From positions 10,542,001 through 10,606,000 of the forward strand of contig NC_087250.1 of NCBI RefSeq assembly GCF_037042905.1: a DNA stretch of 64,000 bases, in the 5' to 3' direction. Each line of letters opens with the position of its first letter. The first letter of the stretch is position 1. Positions 30,653 through 42,081 of this stretch are shown in pieces. This DNA comes from Lytechinus pictus (lineage: Eukaryota). Below the pieces are notes generated by a model that searched no databases, was not told where the DNA came from, and saw only the letters and a list, made by a program, of their open reading frames with translations. A program made the position numbers and the translations under genes.

Positions 30653-32987
30653 TTTTTATCCCTCCCCAGAAAGTTAAGATTGATTTGAGTGTCAAATGAG
30701 CTAGTAAATTGAACCTCGACAGTTTAAGATGTATATCACAATTGGCTTTCCATAGTTAAACCACAACTTTACACCAGGATTTAAATTAAACCCAACTTCA
30801 GAATATGGGCCCTAGGGGGTCTAATTACAGGGTTCCCAGCTTTTCAAGAAAACAAAACTCCCTGATTTTTCCCTGATGAAGTTTAAAAGTTTACATACAC
30901 CCCATGGAACATGCAGTGAAATGTGTTCGCTCGCCAAATATCGTAGAATTTACTATATCTTCAGAAATATAAATACGAATAGGGTTGACCCTAACCCATG
31001 ACAAATTTTGTATTAAATGAAAGAGCGTATTAAGCTCTTTCACATGACTGGGATGCCGTTTGGATTAAAGAATATTTCAGGTAGAAGAAAAAAGTAGCAT
31101 TTGTGCCAAATGTATTCTATTGTTATTTATTATATTTTCAAACATCGTTTCATATAAATATATAAATGTCAAATCTATGATTTATATTCCATTTTCTATC
31201 ATGATATGTCACCACTGAACAAAAAAGTGTAATCTGAAATGTTTGTGTTGAGAAGTACATGTAACTAGCACAAATATGAAATTCCTGTAAATTTCAAAAT
31301 GAAATTTAACTTTCAAAATCATCATACAGAATAAAGAAAGAGAGAGAGAGCGAGAGAAAGAAATCATTTGATGATAATAAATCCTAGGTTTGTTGACCTC
31401 AAACAACCTCTGACGCTTGTTAAATAAACTTGTTCAAAATTTCAACTTGCCTTTGAGTGGTCCAACCGCTCTTGATCGTTGAGAGATATCTGATAGAGTT
31501 CCTGATCGGGTGCCACATACATGTAGACTCTTGTCAGCAGTCTAAGATAACAAAACATTCATAAAGAGAAGGAAATCATTAATTAGGACGAACATACATA
31601 CAAAAATACTTTTGGGGGTGTTTCACAAAGATGTAAGTGCGACCTAAAATCAGGCTTAGCGCCGATGCGAACATGATAGAGTTTAGTTTTAGGAGCAGTG
31701 AACGGCGTAGCAGTCCTCTGTTCGTTCGAGTCAACATCGTCGTCTGCCCTTGTTCACTACGGATGCGAATATTTTAGATTTTACTCGACTTGTACGTGTA
31801 CGTACGTGCACGTGAAAAGCATAACCTGGGGTACCATCGCCTGGCGACCCGTTCAGTTGATGCAAAGGTGCAACTTGTGCACACTAGCCCTTTCACTTGC
31901 TTTGATTCCTTTTTACGTGAGTTAGGATATATCGATATATATTTTGGAGATCAGAAAGCAATTTCAAATATGATAAACATAATTCATCGTACAACTAACA
32001 TTCATTTTGTGAAAAGTCACTGAAAACTGTATTTCAGAAGGGAAAGGTTGATCTTCATGCTGAGCTTGAGCGGTTAAAATTACATCACTCACGTACACGT
32101 CGACTATGATTTAGGAGAACCGCACAAAGGCGAGGTTCTCGATTCTGATAGTCGACATGTGTGAGGACCTGAGGCATATGGCAGCCCAAAAAATGATGTC
32201 ATCTCGTACCAGTCGTCTATGTCGATGTACGTTTTTAAAAGTGCTCATTAAATACGCAGAAGGGACATTCTTGGTCACATGTATGGCAAATCTTGAGCAG
32301 CTATAAATCTAAACATTTTAGAGATTCATAAAGTCTACTTGATTTTGAAAGTTTAAATTTTCATTTTTACATTAAAAGGAAAGAAAAAATGAAATTAAGC
32401 TTTCAAAATCACGCTTCTGTGTGAAATCACACACATGACCCACTTCTTTTGACCTCTGACCTTGAACCTGCATATTGGAGACAGCAAATGACTGAATGAT
32501 TTTGCTGGTACACATGTTTTCTAGAGACTACAGCCCGCATACACCAAATGCAGGCTCAATCTTCAACGGGTAAAACACTAATAATGCACATCAAATAAAA
32601 TTAGAAATAAAAGAGATGAATGAAAATTATCCATCTATAGGCAATGAACTTTGAGTTTGTATAATATAGACTTTAATACTCTCCAATTTACCAAGTAATC
32701 CCATGACTCTTTGGTATTAATAATGAACCACGGCCACTTCCTCTTATTGTCATTAAGTATTTGCTTTTACATCATACCAAGGCCAACTAGCAATGCCTAT
32801 TTTACTTCATACATCATTTACAAATGTACCTTCACCCTACAAAATGGAATCTTATCATGGGCCATGGGATACGTTGCTGAGAAAAGTTGCCGCACAAAAT
32901 TTACACAAATTATCAAAAGCACTGTCGAACAATCAATCATATTTATCACCCAACAGCTGCTGAATACCGGTAATTAAAAAACATACA

Positions 32988-33302
32988 GGCCCGTATTCTG
33001 AAGTCGGGTTTAATTTAAACTCAGGTTTAAAGTTGTGGTTTAAGTATGGGAAGCCAAAAGTATCAAAATTTTTATTAAGTTGTATGTTTCTTATGTTTAA
33101 GTACTGTGCTCTTTCCTGATTCACCGATGGTGAAGACAATAATCTTTTCATATTTCCTAGACAATCATGACTGATTTGAGAGCCAAATGAGCTTAAGTAT
33201 GATATCTCTACTGTTAGTGATTTATGTAACAATTGGCTGTCCATACTTAAACTACAACTTTAAACCTGAGTTTAAGTTAAACCCGACTTCAGAATACGGG
33301 CC
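32988..33302. mobile_element. Palindromic MITE (ggcccgtattctgaagtcgggttt family)
   Basis: About 60-bp near-perfect TIRs; relatives at 22797-23075, 24791-25117, 26881-27302, 30230-30812 and 60290-60345. Confidence 0.8.
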
Positions 33303-33436
33303 TATGTGTGCACAACCATTTAAACTGGTTGTTAATGTTATTATAATGACAAGTACAGTAGATCTACATGTACTTGAATTTCTTTCTTGACTATAGCTCT
33401 CTGGTGATCAACTCCATACTCCATACATCAACTCCA

Positions 33437-33790
33437 GGAGGCAGCGTAGCTCAGTCGGTTAGAGCGCACGTTTCGGATAAGATCGTAGATCTCAACATGA
33501 GGGGTTCGAGTCCCGCTCATGCCGAAACGCGTCTAACAAAAATCTGATGCTATAGCGTTGTGTGTAAGTGTGCCTCACCACTGTATTCAGTGCAGTTGTG
33601 AATGCAGTTGGAAAACACTCCATCCATCGGAAAGGATGTAAATGTTGGTCCCGTGTATAGGAGAGTCACAACCTATGCACGTTAAAAACAATACACTATT
33701 CGTCAAAGAGTACGGTGTTCACCCGGTGTATTGCACCTGCCGGTCCCGGCAAAATTCAGGTCAAGTCAATCTTGATGTTCATATGCCATA
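33437..33790 (+). mobile_element. tRNA-headed SINE with a Deu/Nin-like central domain
   Basis: A box tagctcagtcgg, B box ggttcgagtcc; body …tcggaaaggatgtaaa…ggtcc…gttaaaaa…cactattcgtcaaagagta…cccggtgt…ggcaaaattc resembles the DeuSINE (AmnSINE1/SINE3-type) core as recalled. Confidence 0.68.
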
Positions 33791-33969
33791 ATAATCAATG
33801 TAATGATTGTGGGCATTAACGGAAAGACAAGACAAGATATGTATCCAGCTAGAAATTAATCACAATAACATGAGGATACATGTACTTTGACAGTGCTTTT
33901 TCCCAACATCAAGTAAAAACCTGCACAGAGCACGAGGGTGAATTCACCCAGACAATCAGGGCCCCTGGA

Positions 33970-34226
33970 CAGTGGCGTACCTAGGATTTTCCACAGGGGG
34001 GGGGGGGGGGGCAAAACCGTCCGCCAAAAAGGTCTTCAATCACAAATAAAGGATTTCGTACCAGAAAAAAAATTTACAAGCAAAAAAAAAAAAAAGAAGC
34101 TCGTCAGGGGGGGGGGCAAAAAAGGTTTTCAAGCTCGTCATGGGGGGGGGGGGCAGGGAATCCTTTGCATGGGTTGTGACTCGTCAGGGGGGGGGTAGAC
34201 TGCCCCCCCCCCTAGGTACGCTAGTG
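33970..34226. mobile_element. hAT-like MITE
   Basis: cagtggcgtacctagg / cctaggtacgctagtg TIRs; perfect 8-bp TSD cccctgga. Confidence 0.82.
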
Positions 34227-34597
34227 CCCCTGGAGATCCATAGCATGCAAATAACAGGGCGAGCTTATCAAGCCTGCACGGTACTATACTGTAGATCACG
34301 TACGTACAGTGTCAATGCAAACTTCTTGAATACGCATTGATCACAAAATTACATGTACAACATTGTTGTGATTTTCTTATCAAACATTCAAAGTACAAAG
34401 TTGACTGTTGATAATGGTAAGATCATCGGAGTAGCTCATCAAGGACTAGGCTTGTACACCCTCTTCAATTGATTAGTTATTGATTAATTAGCATCTATCA
34501 GGCAAAGAACTGAAATGATATGCACTACATTTTGATACAGCTCTGTAATTGTACATGCTGTATCTTCATACACATGTAGGGCTATGTTTTCAGACAA

Positions 34598-34870
34598 CAA
34601 TAATAATAATGGCTGGATTTAAGCGCTTTTTGCCTGAGGATACAAACCGCTGCTAAGTGCTATCATTACTTTGGCTTTAGCTTTGCAGTCATATAGGCGC
34701 TGAAGCATAGTTTTTCCAACCAGGTACTCATTTCATACCTACATATAAATGGGTTGCATGCAGCACAATGTGGGTAAATTTCCTGCAGAAGGAAAACGCA
34801 ACATGGCTGGGAATCGAACCTAGGTCCCTCAGATTGAAAGGGTGTCAAAACCACTAGACCATGATGCCCC
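34598..34870 (-). mobile_element. Degenerate tRNA-derived SINE
   Basis: Similar to 26268-26531. Confidence 0.7.
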
Positions 34871-35501
34871 CAACACAATGTACACGCAGTAAACAAGGAT
34901 CTACATGTAATGAGAAAGTCTAAAATCTGAGTTAATTGTAGATTCAGAGAGTGACACAGGGGTAAGAGAGACCTACATGTAGACAATTATTAGGTGATCT
35001 GTCTGTTGACAGATCACCTCTTGTGTTTCTATGAATTTTCTTTTTTATTTATTTATTCTTTTTATTTATTTTTCTTTTTCCACCCTCTTCTTGTTCCACC
35101 AAAATCAGAAAAACTGTTCTATCAATTTTCATCAAATTATTATCAATTATGCACAGTTATCATGCGATGTGTACGAAACAAGTTCAACGTCAAATGGTCA
35201 TCGTGACGTCATCTACGCGCCATTTTGTAAAATCACATTATCAACAATATCTTCATCATCAATCATCAAAAATGAACAATATTAACATGAAATTAACTTC
35301 AGATCATGGGTCAACTGTCCATGTGATCAAACGTCATTAACACGTCACAACACGCATGTACGCGCGCGTCAAAATTTTAGAATGCTCAAAATCACTTTTT
35401 GATCAAAGTAGAGTACGAATCAGGTCATTTAAAGCATTTCAAGAATTTGCGCGCTCACGCGTTTTCGCGGTAACGTCGTTACGCAATGTAGAATCGCCGT
35501 T

Positions 35502-35758
35502 TGTGACGAGATAATAATACACGTTTAAGTCTGGAGTACAGACTAGAAAAAGAATATCGCTATGTGAACAACGGACTTGTGAATCTGAATCGTCATGTGT
35601 ACATTTTGTAAATAAACTGTTTTTAAACGATTTGACACGGCGTGGCTTGTTTGCTAATTCAGGAGTGTCTGAATGGAGAACAAGATTCAGGAGGTTTACG
35701 TTGGAGTTTGTCCAGTACAGGTAACAATAAGAGCTTGTCAGGACCAGCAAACGTAACA
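35502..35758 (+). repeat. 5' LTR
   Basis: TGTGACG…CGTAACA; AATAAA at 35611-35616; 3 substitutions versus the 3' LTR. Confidence 0.97.
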
Positions 35759-35759
35759 G

Positions 35760-35777
35760 TGGGGGCTTGTCCGTGAA
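35760..35777 (+). promoter_or_regulatory. Primer-binding site, tRNA-Pro type
   Basis: tgggggcttgtccgtgaa, 1 nt after the 5' LTR; resembles TGGGGGCTCGTCCGGGAT, the complement of the tRNA-Pro 3' end. Confidence 0.8.
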
Positions 35778-36460
35778 TCAATCCTCCGCCTAACAGTGGG
35801 GGCTTGGTGAGAGTCGACCCAGAACTCTCGGCGTAAGTTATATCTAAGTACCGTATACCGTATAATGCTAGCGCCGGCGCGACAAAGTCGCATGAACGTA
35901 TTCGAAGAGTGTGCAATCGTATTCACCGTGAAGATTGTCATTAGACATTTGCATGGGTGTGTGTACACGTAGATGTAATGCCAGTGTGTGTGGATATCGC
36001 TGTCAGTTGTTGTGTATGACGCTGTGTGGTGGCGCACAAGGTTGAGTATGGCGTGCCGTTTGTCCCATAGGCAATTCCATGTATTTCAGTGTGTCTCGCT
36101 ATGCGATGTGTTTTTGTCACGTAGTGTTGAATGGAATTTGGGTTGATGATATTTCAACTGGTTAACCATTTTTTAAAGGGTTGCTGTGTCGGTTAATGGA
36201 AACTGACAGTGTCGACTGGAGTCAAGTTGACAGTGTGGTTGGAAAAATTTTCAACTGGGGTGACCGAGTCAGGTTACCGTTTCTGTAGGTTGAGGTCATA
36301 TCTACAGGGTCAGCCAGGTCAGGTTGACATTTTCTTCTGTGGTTGATATCATTTTCAACTGTGATAACCGTATTGGTTATTGTCTTGGCTAAGAATTAAA
36401 GGTTTTCTTTAGCTGTTTCTAGTCTTTTCAGCGTTAAAGATTAGGGGTCTTTTGTTGACC

Positions 36461-39400
36461 ATGGCGGAATTTTCTTTGGATGATTTCGTTGATTCTCCCA
36501 GTGTTGAGAAGTTGCTGGTTCTGAAGAAGGTTCATCTCTTGGAGATTGCTCATCATTACCAGGTTGCTGAGGTAAGGAATACTTGGCGTAAATTAGAAAT
36601 TCTGAAAGCTGTAATTCAGTGGTTAGTGGAAGAGGAAGATGTTCTGCCACTTGAAGCTTTATCTAAGGTTCCGATTGAGTCTGTGAATGTGGACTTGACA
36701 GAGAAATTGCGTTTGAAAGAGTTGGAACTAGAGATAGCGAAAGTTGAACTTGAACGAGAACAAGTAGTTTTGAGAAGGGAGCATGAGAATGCTAGAGAAA
36801 GAGAAGAAATTAGGCAAGTAAAGTCTGATTTTGATGTTGCGAAACATGTTCGAATGGTTCCCGTTTTTCAGGAGGGGGAGGAGATAGAGAAATATTTCCT
36901 TCACTTTGAAAAGGTAGCTGTTAGTTTGAGTTGGCCGCAAGAAAAATGGTCACACTTGTTACAATCTCAGTTGAAGGGTAAAGCTCGAGATGCTTATTCA
37001 GCTTTGTCAGTTGATGATGCGGGTCGTTATGACATTGTAAAAGCAGCAGTGTTGCGTGCTTATGAGCTTGTACCGGAGGCGTACCGTCAACAATTTCGGA
37101 AAACACGCAAAGATGAGACCGAAACTCATCTTGAGTTTGCTAGGCGCAAACAACAGTTGTTTGATAGATGGAGTTCGTCACTCCATGCAGATAGCTTTGA
37201 TAAGCTTAGAGAAATAATTCTTCTCGAAGAGTTTAAGCGTAGTGTGCATTTCGATGTTAGGTTGCATCTTGAAGAGCAGCAAATAGGAAGGCTTAATGAA
37301 GCAGCGAAGCTTGCAGATGATTATGCGCTAACGCACAAAATCACAAACAAAAAATCAGATGAGACAAACAAATCTGGAAAGTGGAAAAACAAAAACAAAA
37401 ATGGTGCTTCAGCACACAACAAGAAAGAAGTAAAACCACAATCTAAAGATGACGAGCAAGAAAAGAAATGCTATGCATGTCACAAGGTTGGTCATTTTAA
37501 AGCAAAGTGTCCTACACTTAAAGGAAAAACAAGTGAATCAAGTAATGCACATCCAAATGCATTTGTGAATAATTTGCTAAGTTCAGAGATTAGGATTGAG
37601 CCAGTTAACTTAGAGAAATTGAAAAAGCAATATGAACCGTTTGTTTCTGTAGGATATGTTTCCCTAGCTGGTAGTGTCGAAGCAAGAAAAGTGAAAGTGT
37701 TGCGTGATACTGGTGCTTCTCAGTCTTTGATCTTGGAGAGTGTGTTGCCTTTTGGTGGGAAATCTTGTGTTGGAACTAGTGTTTTGCTCCAAGGAATAGG
37801 AGATGGCTTTGTAAAAGCACCCCTTCATGTGGTAGACTTGAAATCAGACCTTGTTTCTGGTAGTGTGAAAATGGCTGTGAGACCATCACTTCCGGTGGCA
37901 GATGTTTCCATCATTTTAGGGAATGATCTTGCTGGTGATAAAGTTGTACCATGTCCAGTTGTGAGTGCTATTCCGTGTGAGAGTAGTAAAACAGAGCAGT
38001 TGGTTGCAGAATTTCCTACTGTGTTTCCGTCTTGTGCTGTAACTCGTTCGATGGCAAAGAAAGTAGAGACTGAATCGAAGTCTAGTGAGCTAGATGATGT
38101 TAACTTGGGAGATTCTTTCTTTTGTCGTTTGGTTGATGATGAATGTGAATCAAATGTGAATGAGGGTGCAGGAGAAACTCAAAGTACAGAAGAGAAAAAT
38201 AAATGTGAACCAATGCCGATAAGTAAGAGTAAGTTGTTGGAGGAGCAACAAAAAGATCCTCAGTTAGTATCCATGTTTGAGAGAGCGATCTCTGAGGAGG
38301 AGGCATTGACCGTGCCTGTTTGTTATTATACGAAGTCAGGTGTTTTGATGAGAAAGTGGAGGCCGATAGATGTTCCTGCTGATGAAGTTTGGAAAGAGGT
38401 CCACCAGATTGTAGTTCCTTCTACTTATAGGCCAGAAATACTTAGTCTTGCTCATGATGCACCACTTGCAGGTCACTTGGGAGTCTATAAGACTCGGGAG
38501 AAAATCCTTTCTCATTTCTTTTGGCCGGGTTTACAAAAGGATGTTGCAAACTATTGCAGAAATTGTCATGTATGTCAGGTAGTAGGTAAACCGAATCAGA
38601 AAATACCAGTCGCGCCATTAAAACCAGTGCCAGCGTTCGATGAACAGTTTGCAAGAATTATCATAGATTGCGTAGGTCCGCTTCCGAGGACAAAAGCGGG
38701 TAATGAATTCCTGTTTACCATTATGTGCGCAAGTACCAGGTATGTCGAAGCGATTCCACTTAGACGTATCACCGCAAACAATGTGAGCAAGGCGCTGATC
38801 AAGTTTTTCACGACTGTAGGATTACCGCGTACCGTTCAGTCTGATCAAGGATCAAACTTTATGTCGAAAGTCTTTAAGCAAGTGCTAGGGCAGTTAGGGA
38901 TTGAACATGTAGTTTCTAGTGCATACCATCCTGAATCGCAAGGAGCACTTGAGAGATGTCATCAGACACTCAAGAACATGCTCAAAACATATTGTTTGGA
39001 GACAGAGAAACAATGGGATGAGGGAATTCCACTGTTGCTATTTGCTTTGAGAGAATCTGTTCAAGAATCTCTTGGTTTCAGCCCATTTCAGCTCGTGTAT
39101 GGACATGAAGTCCGTGGACCCCTCAGGTTGTTGAGTGAAAGGTTGTTGTCAGATGAGGAAGATGTAAATATGTTGGACTACGTATCGTCTTTCCGTGAGA
39201 GATTGCATCGTGCTTGTGAAGTTGCTAGGAAGAATTTGTCTGATTCTCAGGAGAAAATGAAGTCTTGGTATGACAAGAAGTCCAAGGAAAGGAATTTCAA
39301 GGCAGGTGATGAGGTTTTGGTTTTGTTACCAGTAGTTGGTAATGCTTTGCAGGCTAGATTTACTGGACCGTATACCATTCTGAAGAAAGTTGGTGATGTT

Positions 39401-41008
39401 GACTATGTCGTCAAAACTCCAGATAGAAGAAAAACAAAGCGTGTATGTCATGTGAATATGATAAAAGCCTATGTTCGAAGAGATGATGAAAAGAAAGCAC
39501 AACCGGTGTTGAGTGCTGTAGAATCTGAGCTGAATGATGAAAGTGAAGAGATGTATAACATTGAGAGAAATGAACCATGTGTGAAATTGAAAAATTCAGA
39601 AGTTCTAACACACATCAATGACAAACTAACCCACTTGTCTGAGAAGGAGAGGAGGGATGTGAAAGACCTGTTGAATGAGTATCCGCAGTTATTTGCAGAT
39701 ATCCCATCTCGTACTGATGTTGTTGAACATGATGTTGATGTGGGAGATACCGCCCCAATCAAGCAGGCACCTTATCGTGTTAACCCAGTAAAGATGAAGA
39801 ATCTTGAAAAAGAAATAGAGTACATGCTGCAGAATGGCATCATCGAGCCAAGTAGCAGCGCATGGTCGTCGCCATGCATCTTAGTTCCGAAACCGGATAA
39901 GTCGTATCGTTTCTGTACCGACTACAGAAAAGTCAATTCGAGTACAAAGACCGATTCTTTCCCGATACCGCGCGTAGATGACTGTATTGACCGCATAGGC
40001 AAGGCGAAGTATGTGAGCAAATTTGATCTGCTTAAAGGCTATTGGCAGATTCCGTTGACTAAGAGAGCGCAAGAAATATCTGCATTTGCTACACCCCAAG
40101 GCCTATTCCATTACACTGTGATGCCATTCGGTATGAAAAACGCGCCGGCTACATTCCAAAGACTTGTGAATCGTCTTGTCTCTGGTCTTGAAGGCTGTGA
40201 AGCTTACATAGATGACTTGATTGTGTATAGTGAAGATTGGAAAGTTCATGTACAAAGAATCAGAGATTTGTTCAGGAGATTGTCTGATGCCAAATTGACA
40301 GTCAACTTGGCAAAGAGTGAGTTTGGAGGTGCTACTGTTAGTTTCTTGGGTCACGTTGTTGGTTCAGGTCATGTTCGACCACTCTCAGCGAAGGTAGAAG
40401 CTATTCTGGCGTTCCCAACTCCAACCAACCGGAAGAAACTGATGAGGTTTCTTGGCATGGCAGGCTACTACAGACGATTCTGCCATAACTTCTCTGATGT
40501 CGTCGCCCCGCTGACCAATCTACTACGCAAGGAGGTGAAGTTCATCTGGTCCAGTGACTGTCAGAGTGCTTTTGACAAAGTGAAAGCACTCCTATCTACC
40601 AATCCTGTACTGGTAGCTCCAGATTTTAGTCAGCCATTCTCTCTGATGGTTGACGCTAGTGATGTGGGTGCCGGAGCTGTTCTTACGCAGAAAAATGAAC
40701 AGGGGACAGACAGGCCCATATCGTTCTTCTCAAGGAAGTTTTCGAGCAGTCAGAGAAATTATTCCACTGTGGAGAAGGAAACTTTGGCGTTAATCTTTGC
40801 ACTGCAACACTTTGAAGTGTATGTGAGTGGATCTCAACATGCATTGGACATATGGACAGATCATAATCCTTTGACGTTTCTAAGTAAGATGAAAAACAAA
40901 AATCAAAGACTTACAAGGTGGAGTCTACTGCTCCAAGAGTACAACTTGAACATTAGACATCTACCGGGAAAAGACAACATTATTGCAGACACATTGTCGC
41001 GAGTGTAA
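36461..41008 (+). CDS. Gag-Pol polyprotein: SCAN-like capsid region, CCHC zinc knuckle, aspartic protease, integrase, reverse transcriptase, RNase H
   Basis: Uninterrupted ORF, first ATG accATGg at 36461. Motifs: CYACHKVGHFKAKC (37469-37510), LRDTGAS (~37700), integrase HHCC + IIIDCVGP / SDQG / PESQGALE and GPY (~38450-39375), YIDD (40205-40216), VDASDVGAGAVL…TDHNPL…ADTLSR (40650-41005). Confidence 0.97.
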   Translation: MAEFSLDDFVDSPSVEKLLVLKKVHLLEIAHHYQVAEVRNTWRKLEILKAVIQWLVEEEDVLPLEALSKVPIESVNVDLTEKLRLKELELEIAKVELEREQVVLRREHENAREREEIRQVKSDFDVAKHVRMVPVFQEGEEIEKYFLHFEKVAVSLSWPQEKWSHLLQSQLKGKARDAYSALSVDDAGRYDIVKAAVLRAYELVPEAYRQQFRKTRKDETETHLEFARRKQQLFDRWSSSLHADSFDKLREIILLEEFKRSVHFDVRLHLEEQQIGRLNEAAKLADDYALTHKITNKKSDETNKSGKWKNKNKNGASAHNKKEVKPQSKDDEQEKKCYACHKVGHFKAKCPTLKGKTSESSNAHPNAFVNNLLSSEIRIEPVNLEKLKKQYEPFVSVGYVSLAGSVEARKVKVLRDTGASQSLILESVLPFGGKSCVGTSVLLQGIGDGFVKAPLHVVDLKSDLVSGSVKMAVRPSLPVADVSIILGNDLAGDKVVPCPVVSAIPCESSKTEQLVAEFPTVFPSCAVTRSMAKKVETESKSSELDDVNLGDSFFCRLVDDECESNVNEGAGETQSTEEKNKCEPMPISKSKLLEEQQKDPQLVSMFERAISEEEALTVPVCYYTKSGVLMRKWRPIDVPADEVWKEVHQIVVPSTYRPEILSLAHDAPLAGHLGVYKTREKILSHFFWPGLQKDVANYCRNCHVCQVVGKPNQKIPVAPLKPVPAFDEQFARIIIDCVGPLPRTKAGNEFLFTIMCASTRYVEAIPLRRITANNVSKALIKFFTTVGLPRTVQSDQGSNFMSKVFKQVLGQLGIEHVVSSAYHPESQGALERCHQTLKNMLKTYCLETEKQWDEGIPLLLFALRESVQESLGFSPFQLVYGHEVRGPLRLLSERLLSDEEDVNMLDYVSSFRERLHRACEVARKNLSDSQEKMKSWYDKKSKERNFKAGDEVLVLLPVVGNALQARFTGPYTILKKVGDVDYVVKTPDRRKTKRVCHVNMIKAYVRRDDEKKAQPVLSAVESELNDESEEMYNIERNEPCVKLKNSEVLTHINDKLTHLSEKERRDVKDLLNEYPQLFADIPSRTDVVEHDVDVGDTAPIKQAPYRVNPVKMKNLEKEIEYMLQNGIIEPSSSAWSSPCILVPKPDKSYRFCTDYRKVNSSTKTDSFPIPRVDDCIDRIGKAKYVSKFDLLKGYWQIPLTKRAQEISAFATPQGLFHYTVMPFGMKNAPATFQRLVNRLVSGLEGCEAYIDDLIVYSEDWKVHVQRIRDLFRRLSDAKLTVNLAKSEFGGATVSFLGHVVGSGHVRPLSAKVEAILAFPTPTNRKKLMRFLGMAGYYRRFCHNFSDVVAPLTNLLRKEVKFIWSSDCQSAFDKVKALLSTNPVLVAPDFSQPFSLMVDASDVGAGAVLTQKNEQGTDRPISFFSRKFSSSQRNYSTVEKETLALIFALQHFEVYVSGSQHALDIWTDHNPLTFLSKMKNKNQRLTRWSLLLQEYNLNIRHLPGKDNIIADTLSRV

Positions 41009-42070
41009 ACTGAATCCTTAACTTTGAACAATTTGATAACTTCGAATTCGTGTGAACTTTGAAGTCTGGACAATGGAAGTTTAACGTCGTGTGTATCAAT
41101 GCGAAATTCGGACAACGAAAGTTTGATATCATCAATGTGATAAACAGTGAACGTTTGACATCGTGTTATGTCATCGTGACGTTTGAGCAGTGAACATTTG
41201 ACAGCGTGTTAATTCATCGTGACATTTGAACTGTGAACGTTTGATATTGTGTATAATCAAGGTGAAATTTGGAAACTGCACTTTCTGTGAACTGTGGAAC
41301 TTGAAACTTATTTCATCATGTGAATTTATACCTAAATGCTTACTTGTCATCTCAATTTAATGGATACTCCGGAATGGACTCTTTACCATGTTTGATTTGA
41401 AAGTGAACTGAACTTGTGTTTTTTTCTGGATTTCGGCATGCCAACTGTGCTCATGTTTACACTATATCTTGGATCAAGTAATCTGAACCTACTGTGAATC
41501 TTCATGAACATTCAATGAACCCTAACACTGAAGCAATGATGTTGAACTTCGTTGAACTGAAACTATAGTTGGAAGAAGATATTGGAAATCAGAAGTTTGA
41601 ACTTACATCTTGAATGATTTCTCGTATTATTGACTTTTTGACTCAGTGAAGCAATGCTTTTTATATTGCATTTCTCATAACACTTGGAAGTAATACCATG
41701 TATTTTTATGTTGATTATTCATATGAAATTTCTTATGACTATGTTTATTACGAACATACATGTATTTCAGAACATGCGTGTACCTTTTGATGAAGAAGTT
41801 TTACTACATGCATGCGCTATCAATACATGTCTGTTTTACTCATTTCATATATACTATGTTTTATATTATGCTTATCTTTGCCAAAGTATACAAAATTGCT
41901 GCACAAAGAGCGTGAAATTGAAATAAGGCATTTCGATATGTTTTAATGCATTAACTGTGTTTGGTTAAGGGCTATATTCATTGTGATAATGTTCGTTTAT
42001 ATTAACAAGCAAAATTTGAGTTGCGAACATACTTATTGCAATTTCTTTGAAAAATTATAAGCATGTTTTT

Positions 42071-42081
42071 AAGGAAGGGAG
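42071..42081 (+). promoter_or_regulatory. Polypurine tract
   Basis: aaggaagggag immediately 5' of the 3' LTR. Confidence 0.85.

Noticed and set aside
30895..32645. CpG-richer stretch that may be another DNA transposon or a regulatory region
   Set aside because: No termini, TSD or coding signal could be defined by eye
33439..33525. tRNA gene
   Set aside because: A/B boxes are present, but there is no convincing cloverleaf and the sequence continues into a SINE body; the same lack of a cloverleaf applies to the head at 43139-43193
35439..35750. Duplicated minus-strand ORFs at 35439-35750 and 42055-42339
   Set aside because: Incidental antisense frames of the two LTRs
36461..41008. Classification as Ty1/copia because INT precedes RT
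   Set aside because: The RT (YIDD, PFGMKNAPATFQR), RNase H and GPY integrase tail are gypsy-type; the domain order fits the Gmr1-like group
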